The notes: generated from the letters alone by a model not told the origin. DNA of 63,166 bases, filler included, from Octopus bimaculoides (GCF_001194135.2; 4 parts of 3 records of this genome joined end to end with filler, not necessarily neighbours in it), one strand, 5' to 3'. Positions 23,686 through 35,877 are shown, counted from the first letter of the whole stretch. Made by a program: numbers and translations.

Positions 23686-24763
23686 TATAACCTATTGAAT
23701 TTTTGTTGCTTTACTTCAAATATATATATATATATATANNNNNNNNNNNNNNNNNNNNNNNNNNNNNNNNNNNNNNNNNNNNNNNNNNNNNNNNNNNNNN
23801 NNNNNNNNNNNNNNNNNNNNNNNNNNNNNNNNNNNNNNNNNNNNNNNNNNNNNNNNNNNNNNNNNNNNNNNNNNNNNNNNNNNNNNNNNNNNNNNNNNNN
23901 NNNNNNNNNNNNNNNNNNNNNNNNNNNNNNNNNNNNNNNNNNNNNNNNNNNNNNNNNNNNNNNNNNNNNNNNNNNNNNNNNNNNNNNNNNNNNNNNNNNN
24001 NNNNNNNNNNNNNNNNNNNNNNNNNNNNNNNNNNNNNNNNNNNNNNNNNNNNNNNNNNNNNNNNNNNNNNNNNNNNNNNNNNNNNNNNNNNNNNNNNNNN
24101 NNNNNNNNNNNNNNNNNNNNNNNNNNNNNNNNNNNNNNNNNNNNNNNNNNNNNNNNNNNNNNNNNNNNNNNNNNNNNNNNNNNNNNNNNNNNNNNNNNNN
24201 NNNNNNNNNNNNNNNNNNNNNNNNNNNNNNNNNNNNNNNNNNNNNNNNNNNNNNNNNNNNNNNNNNNNNNNNNNNNNNNNNNNNNNNNNNNNNNNNNNNN
24301 NNNNNNNNNNNNNNNNNGTGGTTTCTATATTTATTTATGCATATATTTATGTCAGCTTGAGAGGTGGAACCATGAGAGATTGAAAGTATGTGACAGTAGA
24401 AAAAAAAATATAACAGCAAAGATAAAACTTTATTACGGAGAGAGAGGGGAAAGGGAGGGAGGAGAGAGTGGGTAAAGGGAGGGAGGAGAGAGAGGATTAG
24501 TAGAAAGAGTGTGTATTTGTGTCTGAAAGGGAGGAAGTCTTGGAAAGTAAGAATGGGAGTGGAGGTTGAATTTGATTGACAGGAGGAAAAAGGGAAACAC
24601 ATGCATACAAAGGCACACTTTCCGACACGAATATATACACGTGCATTTATTAACAGAGACTCACAGACACACGCACCCAGACCCTCACATACGCACCAGA
24701 CCCCCACACACGTACCCAGACCCCCCCCACACACACACACCACGCACACACACACATACACAC

Positions 24764-24805
<42 letters not shown>

Positions 24806-25229
24806 CGATGCTTGGCATGTACATAAATGTCATGTATTCGACATCTTTTATTTTGGCCTATCATCTTGCATTCTTATTCCTTCATATTGTTTGTGATAAA
24901 AGAATAAACCCGAAAAGTTAGATTCTTTTTGTTATACATTTCATTTCCTTCAGTTCTTTGTTTTGCCTGACACCATCTGTTGTTTGTTCATTTGCACCCT
25001 CATTCTCTTATAATTTCACTGAAGCGGTGAGATAACTAGCTATCAATCTATCTACTGAATCGTGGCAAGGTATGGACGGATTTCGGAGTAACGAGGAAAT
25101 TATGTGTAGATGGAGAATTGTACGAGGCATAGTACAATGCAAAATACCAAAAGGAACCTCAACTCTTATAGCTCACCTTTCTTCCTCCTTTAACGCCGAT
25201 GTGATATAATTTCTTGGGAGAAAAATACT

Positions 25230-25300
25230 TTTGCGGCTGAAGATAGCTTTGTATTGTCAATTATACACTGATATAAAGCTTGAAACACGTGTACCGCAGA
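25230..25300 (+). ncRNA. Minimal Type I hammerhead ribozyme, near-canonical
   Basis: Helix I UUUGCGG/CCGCAGA; CUGAAGA; 10-bp helix II AGCUUUGUAU/AUAUAAAGCU; GAAAC; palindrome ACACGUGU; GUA triplet. A U.U pair replaces the usual G10.1-C11.1. Confidence 0.7.
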
Positions 25301-25409
25301 ATCCTTTGTGTTTCTGTTTTTATTTTTTGCATTTACAATTTTATCTAACTAGATAGATAGATATATATACAAACATACATACATACGCACAAAAACAACA
25401 TAGATATCC

Positions 25410-25621
25410 TTTTTTCTCTAGGCAGAAGGCCCGAAATTTGGGGGGAGGGGTAAAGTCGATTAGATCGACCCCAGGGCGCAACTGGTGCTTAATTTATCGA
25501 CCCCGAAAGGATGAAATACAAAGTCGACCCCGGCGAAATTTGAACTCAGAGTATAAAGACAGATGAAATACCGCTAAGCATTTCGCCCGGCGTGTTAACG
25601 TTTCTCCCAGCTCGCCGCCTT
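25410..25621 (-). mobile_element. SINE family A, full length
   Basis: Reverse complement starts aaggcggcgagctgggagaaacgttaacacgcc and contains gagttcaaatt and the family core. Confidence 0.92.
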
Positions 25622-26661
25622 ATAGATAGACATCGGAGACATAATAAATTCAGTTAGTGGAAATAATGAAGATGGGCCAGTGGTGGTAGAAAGACTTGCG
25701 ATAATACAGCGTAAGAAATGAAAGTATAAGAAACTGATGCAAACATTGAAACAAAAATATTAAAATTTACTGCGGAACAGAGATAAGCCTGAAAATGTTT
25801 AACTTGTCATATGCTAAACTATGTATTCTAGATGTATTCCGACACAGATATGTGTGGATGTGATGTGTATGTGCGTGTATGTGCGTGTATGTACTTGTAT
25901 GTGAGTGTACACAGACAGAGAGAAGGAGGGAGGGAGAGAGAGCCAGAGAGAGAGGGAGAGAGAGAGGGAGAGAGAGAGGGAGAGAGAGAGAGAGAGAGAG
26001 AGAGGAACAGAGAGGAAAAGTGAGAGTGAATGAGTGATAAGAAGATTGATATACAGAGAAAAATAATTATTGATTTATTGTTCAATTATTTTTATCTTAT
26101 CTTATACATAAACGCGTATATATATATATATGTATGTAAACGTATATGTATATACACATGCATATATACATATATATGTGTGTGTGTATATATAAGCTTT
26201 AGGGTATATATACACAGGCATTCATACACACATATATTACTATACACGTACAAAATACAGACGCATATGTATAGTCATACAAGTACGAAAATCTAAATTA
26301 TTATAACAGTTTAAAACAAAGTCAGTTTTGGATTATAAGAAAAAATCTACATATCGTTTTTTGGCTTGTAGATTTTTTCGTGCTCTTCATTGAATTTTCT
26401 TACTTTATATTAGATTTCTTGTTGGATAGGTTTTTCAGCAGAATTACGTGCTGTATCCACTGTCGTTTTATACACAGTCTATAACTGGAAGTTAATATAG
26501 TTGTAGACAGTTACATATAAACACTTGTTCAGATACAAATACGCAAATGTGTTTGTGAATGTGTTTTTACATGTATACACATCTGTGTGTATATAATGGT
26601 AAACAGAGATCGACAGGCGCAGACAACGAAGTGTATAAGAGTAAAACGTTTACGCACGTGC

Positions 26662-26733
<72 letters not shown>

Positions 26734-27043
26734 GTGAGTAAATGAGAGGTGAGGGTAAGGGAGATAATTCTATGTACGTGTTCCGCGTGGAATTAAAATA
26801 ATACAAACTAATAAACTTGTTTGTTTATTCCCTAAACGATACGTACAAAAGATGTACGCTTATCTAAACACTTGTCAATATATTCATACATGTTCATAAG
26901 CCTATTAATTAGGTTTGCCTGTGTAGATACGTGCAAATGTATCTATATATCAGTTTATCTGTCGATATCTCTATCTGTTATCTTGTATATATATCGTATA
27001 TAAGAAAAAGAGAGATGATAAAGGAATAAACAATTGTTATGGG

Positions 27044-27165
27044 CTTCATTACCTTACAGTTGTTTCTGTACTGAGTTTTCGATGAAGCTATAAAGTGTTA
27101 CTACTAAGACATTGAACTATGAGTCCATTGTATCTCGTAGCGGAAACAGCTGTAAGCTAATGAAG
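27044..27165 (+). repeat. Inverted-repeat-closed unit with hammerhead-like relic
   Basis: 23-bp arms cttcattaccttacagttgtttc / gaaacagctgtaagctaatgaag; inside is ctatgagtcc, a CUGAUGA box lacking one G. Confidence 0.5.
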
Positions 27166-27366
27166 TTCATAACATAGCCCTTTATTCCTGTGTCATCTCA
27201 TTTTTCTTAATGCCACTCAGTACTCGACTAACGCTTCGTTTCAAAGCTTAAGTATAGCGGTTTCTACACCAGGTTATTAGTAGTGCAAGGTGTAAGCGAT
27301 ATGTGCAAATGTGTATGTGTGAGTGTGTGTCTGTGTGAATGCGTATATATGCACCTCAAAATATTC

Positions 27367-27798
27367 TCTTTTCTACTATAGGCACAAGACCCGAAATTTG
27401 TGGGGAGGGAGTCAGTCGATTAAATCGTCCCCTGTATAACACTGTTACTTAAGTTATCGACCCCAAAAGGATGAAAGGCAAAGTCGACCTCGGCGGAATT
27501 TGAACTCAGAACGTAAAGACAGAAGAAATACTGCTAAGCATTTTTCCCGGCGCACTAACGTTTCTTATTTCTTTATTGCTCACAAGGGTCTAAACATAGA
27601 GGGGACAACCAAGGACAGACAAAGGGGTTAAGTCGATTACATCGAACTCAGTGCGTAACTGGTATTTAATTTATTGACCTCGAAAGGATGAAATGCAAAG
27701 TCGACCACGGTGGAATTTGAACTCAGATCGTAACGGCAGACGAAATACCGCCTAAACATTTCGCCCAGCGTGCTAACGTTTCTGCCAGCTCGCCGCCT
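27367..27798 (-). mobile_element. Dimeric SINE (two family-A monomers with different tails) inside one 19-bp TSD
   Basis: TSD tatgcacctcaaaatattc at 27348-27366 and 27799-27817; two copies of the core in tandem. Confidence 0.9.
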
Positions 27799-28971
27799 TA
27801 TGCACCTCAAAATATTCCTTTATGACTTCACCATTAAATCTTTATACCGAATGAATTTCTTTATATGGTCTACGGTTTATTAATTACATTTACTCAATTT
27901 AATTTTATATATTATTCTGATAGTTCTACACTTCATAACACCGTGAGTTCAAATCCTGCATAGGTCAAATACACTTATCAGTCCTTTGTTCCAGTCGTGA
28001 TAGATAAAGTAATTACCTGTCAAGTATAAGCTTAATTTCACTGTCTCGGTCTTCAATGAGGGCGATGGTTTTCACTCAAGCGTTTTAATCCCTTTTATAG
28101 TCCTTGTATTGCAGTAAGAAACATTAGAAGAAATCACTGGTCAGCATTAGGATCCTAATGCTGAGCCCTTTGTTAGAATTATGAAGGCACTTCACAACGC
28201 TTTTGTTTGTTATTGTTTGTCCTGGATAACAAAACGTATAAAACCATTCTAGAAAGTTCTTGCTGCACGTGGGAATTCAACATTCTAAATTGACAGTGTC
28301 TGACGACGCACCTGTTGCTTTGACTTTAATGTCAACACCAATCCTTATTTCTCTTCCAGCCGCCACTTCTGACAAATCAAGCATTTTTTTTTGTGTATTT
28401 TCATCGATTTTTTTTTTTTTTAAGTTAATTTGTCACATTTTACTTTGCATTATCTTGTTTTATTTATGTTAAAATGCTTAAAGTAATTCTTTATAGGAGC
28501 CGGAAGTCTTTTTGATGAATTTCAATTAATTTTTCCAATGTTTTCTATAGCTTATTCATATATTTATTCAATTTTTCGAGTTATATCGTTTTTAAAATTT
28601 GGTTGCCTCTTTTGGAATCAATTACCTATGTATGTTTAGGTATTCCTGTATACATAGATTTTAGTTATTGATGAATGCTTGGAGATCGGTATTTATAACA
28701 TCATATACCGTGAAGTTCTTCATTTTCTTTTTCAGATTCCAAGGTGTGTAATATGATCCTCATCAAAAGATTAAATAGTTTATAACATTTAGTTTCTACA
28801 TATTGCAATTCAACACATCCGACGAGATCTTTTTTTGTATCTTCTTGTAATTGTACAAATACATTTCAGTCATCAACAAGCAGGAATCAATTCAGTTGAA
28901 GGTATTCCATTCCACATGAAACACACACACACACACACACACACTCACACACACACACACACACACACACG

Positions 28972-29007
<36 letters not shown>

Positions 29008-29419
29008 NNNNNNNNNNNNNNNNNNNNNNNNNNNNNNNNNNNNNNNNNNNNNNNNNNNNNNNNNNNNNNNNNNNNNNNNNNNNNNNNNNNNNNNNNNNNN
29101 NNNNNNNNNNNNNNNNNNNNNNNNNNNNNNNNNNNNNNNNNNNNNNNNNNNNNNNNNNNNNNNNNNNNNNNNNNNNNNNNNNNNNNNNNNNNNNNNNNNN
29201 NNNNNNNNNNNNNNNNNNNNNNNNNNNNNNNNNNNNNNNNNNNNNNNNNNNNNNNNNNNNNNNNNNNNNNNNNNNNNNNNNNNNNNNNNNNNNNNNNATA
29301 TATATCATATAGATATCACTTTATTATCCCCCTTTCTTCCAGCCTCTTCTTTCAAACTTTTTTTTTTCTAATCAGCCGCCATACTTGACCGCTAATTTAA
29401 AAGTTTTTTTTTTTTTCAT

Positions 29420-29530
29420 TGTCTCTCAGTTTATTTTCTCTAATTCCTTTCTATCCAAGAGCGTAGGCTCGAAACATAAAAGACTTAATTATTTTCCGAG
29501 CGTCAAACTAATACATCTGCTTGTTCATAC
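29420..29530 (+). repeat. Dispersed repeat with agagcgtaggctcgaaac motif; second copy at 57925-58072
   Basis: Shared gcgtaggctcgaaa..taaaagact..ttccgagcgt.aaactaata.atctg. Confidence 0.75.
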
Positions 29531-30780
29531 ACCTGATAATAGAAAAAAAACCTTTGCAATCATTCGGTTTCGAGTTTAGCCCCATTGTACGGCACCTTGG
29601 ACGAGTATAGCTGCGGGCTGACCAATGCGATATGAATGAATTGGGTTGGCGGAAATTATTCAAATATCCACCGTATGTGTGTGTGAGTGAGTGTCTGTGT
29701 GTGCGTGCGAGCGCGTATCCACCGCTTGACACATAGTGTTGGCTAGTTTATGTCCACATAAAATTATCGTTTCGCAAAAGATACTACTAGACTTTTAGAA
29801 ATGCTGAAATTTTATCAATTTGTTGATTAAACCTTTCAATGCAGTGTCCTAATATGGCAGTACACTAAAACAGCAAAATACGAATAGATATAGAAAGAAT
29901 CCTGTGTAAGCGCCAATGCAAAACATTTTAGGAACTAGTTTCGAAATTTGATCAGCATATGATTACTTATCATGATCCCCGTTGAAATGTTGCCTTCCAT
30001 CATTTCAGTGTCGTTAAATAAAACATTATTCCAATGCTAAAGTCTTGGCTTCATTTTTCTCTTTTTCTTACCTTATTTCTATCATTTTTACTTCTTTCTT
30101 TCTCACAAGTCTCTCTTTCATTCCATGTCTCATCTTCCAGGAAATAATCGATTATGGTCAAACCTTGAAAGGAATGGGCTACGTCTAGTTTAAATTCACA
30201 TAACCGACATAGATGGTTCCTTAGAACGCAAGCACGAATTGAGTGGAGAGCTCACTGAAGAAGTTAGTAGGTATTCGTTCATCCTCGTTTTAAGCGTGCA
30301 ACAAAAACCAGCAATTTTATATTAAATAAGACGTCATTTTCCCATTCGATTCTCACTTTATATTCGCTATTAATGCCTTTAGACAAGACTAACCCAATTA
30401 TGTTATCTTTCAATTGATTTATACTGCATTCTTCGAAGTGAATTACACAGACTTTCCAAAAGTTGTAATATATCGTTTTGTTTTTTTTTAATATCTTTCG
30501 ATTGTTATGTTGCTCAGGCGTCATCAGCTGATTTTTGTTATATATACCACATTTGTATAAGGGTAATGAACGGTATTACTCTCCGTTTAAAAAAAACAAA
30601 GCTGTTCTTAATTCAAGTCTGGGCAATATCGAATATAAGACAACTGTTGATAACTAAACTCAACCCAGTCAAATGTATTGTCGAAGTCAATACTGTAAAC
30701 AAACCCGCAAGATAACAAAAATTAACTTGTTTATACCACACTCGTACAGGCAACTTCCACATTGTTTACGTTTATCTTCA

Positions 30781-30819
<39 letters not shown>

Positions 30820-30895
30820 NNNNNNNNNNNNNNNNNNNNNNNNNNNNNNNNNNNNNNNNNNNNNNNNNNNNNNNNNNNNNNNNNNNNNNNNNNNN

Positions 30896-30926
<31 letters not shown>

Positions 30927-30934
30927 CATATACA

Positions 30935-31821
30935 TACAGTGTACATTTAAACACATAAATCCAAACCACTATTAGAGATAAACTTCGAAGGGAATGAAAA
31001 ATAGAAACATTTACCATCTATCTCCTGGTTTCAGACATTTTTAGCAGATAAAATAATTTTCTCGGTGAAGTCTTCATCAATAGGTACGCCTAGATTAAAC
31101 ATATAAGTACGAGGCAATCCAACATGTGCCCCGTGCTTATACGTTATAATTTTTCAAATCTACCGCGCAAGCGCAGTCTTTTGTCGGCAGCAAATAAAAA
31201 TAATGCCGGCGTTTCTTCGAAAATTTTCCAGGAAAAATTATCAATAATTAATAATATGAGAGTAATAAAAAATTTTAGAAATTTCTACTACCAGTGCCCT
31301 AGCGTGTAAAAGAATTAGTCAATAGACTATATATTATTCATATAAATACAGTTTACGTTCAATTTTTTTCTGGAAAATTTTCGAAGAAGCGCCGGCATTA
31401 TTTTCATTTGCTGCCGATAGAAACTGCGCTTGCGTGGTGGATTTGTAAAATTATAATGTATAAACACGGGGCACATGCTGGATTGCCTCGTACTTATATG
31501 TTTAATCTAGGCGTACTTGCAGATGAAGGCTTTGACTCGCAAATTAACTTATTTGCTAAAAAATGTCTGAAACCATGGTCCAGGAGATAGATGGTAAATG
31601 TTTTTATTTTTCCTTCCCTTCGAAGTTTATCCCTAATAATGGTTTGGATTTTAACTGTTCCTTCTAGCGTGAAACGAACCCTACGATGGATACCTCTTAT
31701 GTGTTTAAATGTACGCTGTATTTATATGAATAATATGTAGTCTATTGACTAATTGTTTTACACCCTAGGGGACTGGTAGTAGAAATTTCTAAAATTTTTT
31801 ATTACCCTGATATTATTAATT
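30935..31821. repeat. Complex inverted duplication (A-B-C / B'-X-A'-C'), PLE pseudo-LTR-like
   Basis: 30959-31238 inverted at 31361-31649; 31247-31351 inverted at 31717-31821; 30935-30958 inverted at 31697-31720. Confidence 0.88.
31516..31584 (+). ncRNA. Degenerate minimal hammerhead (twin at about 31024-31086, minus strand)
   Basis: CUUG-CAGAUGA-AGGC..GUCU-GAAAC-CAUG-GUC/CAGG with palindrome ACCAUGGU. The twin reads UUGAUGA-AGAC..GUCU-GAAAC but lacks CAUGGUC. Confidence 0.55.
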
Positions 31822-31862
31822 AGATATACATATGTATATTTGCATGTATGTATGCATATATA

Positions 31863-32078
31863 TACGAGGTTGGGCTGAAAAGTTTCTTAAGGATAGCGCA
31901 AAAGGCTTGGTTGGAGGTCCAAACTTCCGAGTTCTTTTACAGAGCTTAGAAAATCTGAAGGACCGGTACAATAAGTGTGTGAATCTGAGAGGGAAATATG
32001 TTGAATAAAATCATAATTTAATGATCCTCCAGTATTTTTTTTTACCCAAAGCTAGGAACTTTTCAGCACCCCCTCGTA
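31863..32078 (+). mobile_element. mariner-derived internally deleted element (MITE-like)
   Basis: TIRs tacgaggttgggctgaaaagttt / ggaactttcagcaccccctcgta-like with TA ends. The interior encodes a mariner C-terminus (LENLKDRYNKCVNLRGKYVE*). Confidence 0.85.
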
Positions 32079-33542
32079 TTTTCATGAGTGTGTGGAGGAG
32101 GGATATATGTGGAACTGCGTGGCTTAACGGTTCTCATATTCGGCTCATGAGCGTACGATTGTGGTTAAGATCTCTGGACCGGGCGATGCGTTGTCCTCTG
32201 GAGAAAAAGACTTCATTTCACGCTGCTCCCAGCATCTCAGGTGGCAAAAATGAGTATTCCTGTGATGGTCAGGCGTCCAGTGGGAAATATACATTAAAGT
32301 ATATACGCTAGAAGAATTCAGAAAACCGGGCCTTATGAGTTTATGTAACTCGAGAAGGAGGTTTATCCTTTATCAATGTGTTTGTGTGTGTGTGTGTGTG
32401 TGTGTACGAGCACCAGTACGTTCTTATAATATATTTCCGCTATTGAATTTAATTGATTAATTAGCAGGTATATTGGTTTCAAGATTTTAGTACAAGGCCA
32501 GCAATTTCGGCAGAGGGAGTTAAATCGATTACAAGTTGAAACATTGGATATTAGGTCTCATCACAATCATTAGAGAATTGCAGCTCACATCTGTTGTAAT
32601 TTTCATCCCTCAAGTTCGATATACCAAATGCCAGCAACACACGTTTAATTTATGCCGACAACTATTCGATCGGTATTTTACTGGACTCGCATCATTTAGT
32701 CTTGTAGTGAATCAATTTAAAGCAATATCTCCTTATACTTTCTATAATTTTAATAATTTCTAATACTGTATATTGAACCAAGATTTTCATTTTTCAAACT
32801 GACCGTTCGTCTGTCATCTAGGGACAGCCTCTTGTCAGTAATTTTGTATATTGTTTTCTTTGATATGCCCGTAAGAATCACAGCATGCTTGGTTTTACTG
32901 ATAGTCACTGATTGTATGTTATATGGGTTATGCGTGCTTTCACATAAACGACGACTATTATTACAGCGGAGATGGCTTAGAGGCATCTACTGGGCTTTTG
33001 TTAATACGGTTTCTGATCTCTTCACCAACTCTCTCCTAGTTGGCGGCGGTGTATTCTTCCCTGTTTGATACATTATTAATGTCATTCAGCGAAGACAATC
33101 ATAGTAGCTACATGTTTTTCCCTCAGAGCTTATATTATTCAATTGCTGAAGGAATCAAACTTATTCCTCCGGTTACTAAATTTCTTTTCGTTTAATCTGA
33201 TTATTATACTGACATTAGTGACATCTTTTATCTTCGTACCAAACAAAAGAAAAGAAAAACACACAAAAAAGAAAGAATAATAATAATAAAAATGAAATTT
33301 TCTGTCCAGATATTTTCCAAATGCTGAAATGATGTGAAGTCTACACAAATTTCAACTGACCGAATCGATACTTAGTTTGACTTCCGCAAATAGCTGGAGC
33401 TTTCAAGAGTATACTTCTTTGTCTATCTAACAAACGATCCAGTGAGAAACTTCACGGGAGTTTCAGAAACGCAAACATTTCTGTCGGACGCCCAAACAAT
33501 TCTGCTAATAATGATAGTAAAAATTCTTTCTAATGTTGATAT

Positions 33543-33739
33543 GAGGCCAGCAACTACGAAAGAAGTGATTTAGTCGATTACATCGACCCCCAGTGTTCAA
33601 CTCCCATATTTTATTGACCGTGAAAGGATTGAAGAGCAGTGTCTACCTCGGTAGAATTTAAACTCAGAGCGTGAAGAGGAAGGAAATCCAGCTGATTACT
33701 TTGTCCGGCTTGCTAACAATTAAGGCAGCCCGCCGCGTA

Positions 33740-33740
<1 letters not shown>
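33543..33740 (-). mobile_element. SINE family A, diverged
   Basis: ggccagcaa..agtcgattacatcgacccccagtg..gaaaggat..ctaacaatt..gcccgccg. Confidence 0.75.

Positions 33741-33819
<79 letters not shown>
33741..33819. repeat. (TAA)n array upstream of the Dong-like fragment
   Basis: Direct read. Confidence 0.95.
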
Positions 33820-33822
<3 letters not shown>

Positions 33823-34176
33823 GACGAAAACAATACCTATTGTCATAGGTGCCTTGGGAATGACAGCGAAACGGGCTGATTACTACCTAGCTCAGATACC
33901 AGGAAACCCCAAAATGGCTGAAGTTCAAAGGATAGTGCTCATGGGAACTGCCAATATCCTACGTAAAATACTGTCTATGTAATCTCAAATTTTAAAACAA
34001 ACACATAATTTTCTTATGGTTTCTTAAACATTCTCTAGAACAACACTATGTACAAATCCAAATATATGGTACCCTAGGCATAACACCTACATGAACTTCT
34101 AACGTGTTGTCTCTCAAGGTCTCTGGGTGAGACTTGGATCCAACTTGTACAAATGCAAAGCAAAAGTCAAACATAA
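33820..34176 (+). mobile_element. 5'-truncated copy of the R4/Dong-like element
   Basis: KTKTIPIVIGALGMTAKRADYYLAQIPGNPKMAEVQRIVLMGTANILRKILSM* plus a 3' UTR co-linear with the reverse complement of 2890-3240. Confidence 0.92.
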
Positions 34177-34214
<38 letters not shown>

Positions 34215-34222
34215 TGATGATG

Positions 34223-34263
<41 letters not shown>
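34177..34263. repeat. (TAA)n/(TGA)n array downstream of the Dong-like fragment
   Basis: Direct read. Confidence 0.95.
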
Positions 34264-34446
34264 CCTTTCTACTAAAGGCACAAAGAGGGGATTAGTTGAT
34301 TACATCGACCCCAGTATTTCACTGGTACATAATTTATCGAAGTTGAAAGGATGAAAAGCAATGCTGACCTCAGAAAGTGAAAGCAGACGAAATACGGTCA
34401 AGCATTTTGTCCAGCGTACGAACGGTTCTGCCCACTCGTCACCTTA
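34264..34446 (-). mobile_element. SINE family A with internal deletion
   Basis: ttctactaaaggcaca..gattacatcgaccccag..gaaaggatgaaa..gacgaaatac..aagcattttgtccagcg. Confidence 0.75.
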
Positions 34447-35414
34447 ATTATAGTACCAATAATAACAATAATAATAATAAAATCAGCTGTTTCTTTATTT
34501 TCACGATCTCCAAATTTGTTTTTCACATATTATTTGTTGTTTCGCCCTGATCAAAGAGAACTACAAGAAAATGCATTCCGCCACCTCATACTTTTGCATT
34601 GTATGTAGTACTACCTCGAGTGCTGTAGTCTTCCCGCGTCATGGATATCCATTTCACTGGGGATGTTTGTGCTTAAAACATTTCGGGTTTCTCCTCTTCT
34701 ACTGTGTTCAACTTGCCTATGTACCTAGAAGTAAAGCAACGGTAATGTGATTAGTGAAGAGGAAACCGTCATTTTTGGAAGATACTTATCTTAAACGTAC
34801 AGTGGGGAATTGGAAGCAAAATAGACAAGAAATGTGGGGTACTTTATCACCAGTGTACAGTTAACAAAACCACCGTGTTTTATAAATGAGGTGTGGGGAA
34901 AAAGTCCTTGCAAATAAGTGCCTCCCGTTTTAGGGGCAGTTGAACTAGAAGGCTGTGTAATGCACAGACATAGCAAATGTATTTCGGATCTTGGATATAC
35001 AGGAATTTCAGTACTCGATCAACACCTTCCATATTGTTAATGGTGGTTGATTTCCTCTAAGTATTGCAGGTTGAGCGTTCTCAGTCTGAAGTAGTTGAGT
35101 TAACAGTATGCAATTACATACATCACTATTCAAATTTTGTATCCAGTTAGTCTCACTTTTCCTTTCATCTTTTCCTTTGTACAAAATTAATGCATCAGGA
35201 GGCAAATGAAGATCAATCCAGTTAACCCTTAACTGGTACTTGCTAAATCAAATATTGTGTCTGTTTTAAAACATTCAGTATTCACTTCGGAAACGAGAAC
35301 GTGTTGCGCCATATCCACCGTTATAATTTCAATTAATAGGAATATACGATTTTAGTAAGGACTTCTCAATGTTCTTCTCCACCACTTTGATGAAGGAAAC
35401 AGCTATACGAGGGC

Positions 35415-35499
<85 letters not shown>

Positions 35500-35825
35500 C
35501 GCGTTTGTGTGTGTACGTGCTTATGAATGTGAATGTGTGTTTGTCTGTGTATGTATTTGTAATTTTCTGTCTGCATAAACGTATATGGGTTTGATAACAT
35601 ATTGCATAAGAAAGAGAGAGGATGTATATGGGTGTGCATTAGGTTTAGGAATGTGTAAATAGAATTATTCATAAAAAAATTTTAAATCATTATTATTATT
35701 ATCATTATTATTATCATCATCATCATCATTATTATTATTATTATTATTATTGTTGTTGTTGTTTTCATGAAAGATTCAATATTTCAACTGTTAATAACAT
35801 ATATATTCATGCTTATATGCGAACA

Positions 35826-35826
35826 C

Positions 35827-35877
<51 letters not shown>

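Larger units (their letters stand above)
23334..23721. repeat. Near-perfect palindrome (181-bp arms, 1-nt spacer at 23540, 25-nt insert in the left arm)
   Basis: Centre ...catctggactatgc-a-gcatagtccagatg...; the arms differ by one substitution and the insert at about 23489-23513. Confidence 0.95.

Noticed and set aside
28180-28400. Possible hAT transposase relic on the minus strand (LEC*IPTCSKNFLE, SVVKCL)
   Set aside because: Only vague motif resemblance.
30495-30532. Minus-strand CUGAUGA...GAAAG
   Set aside because: No helix II or helix I complementarity.
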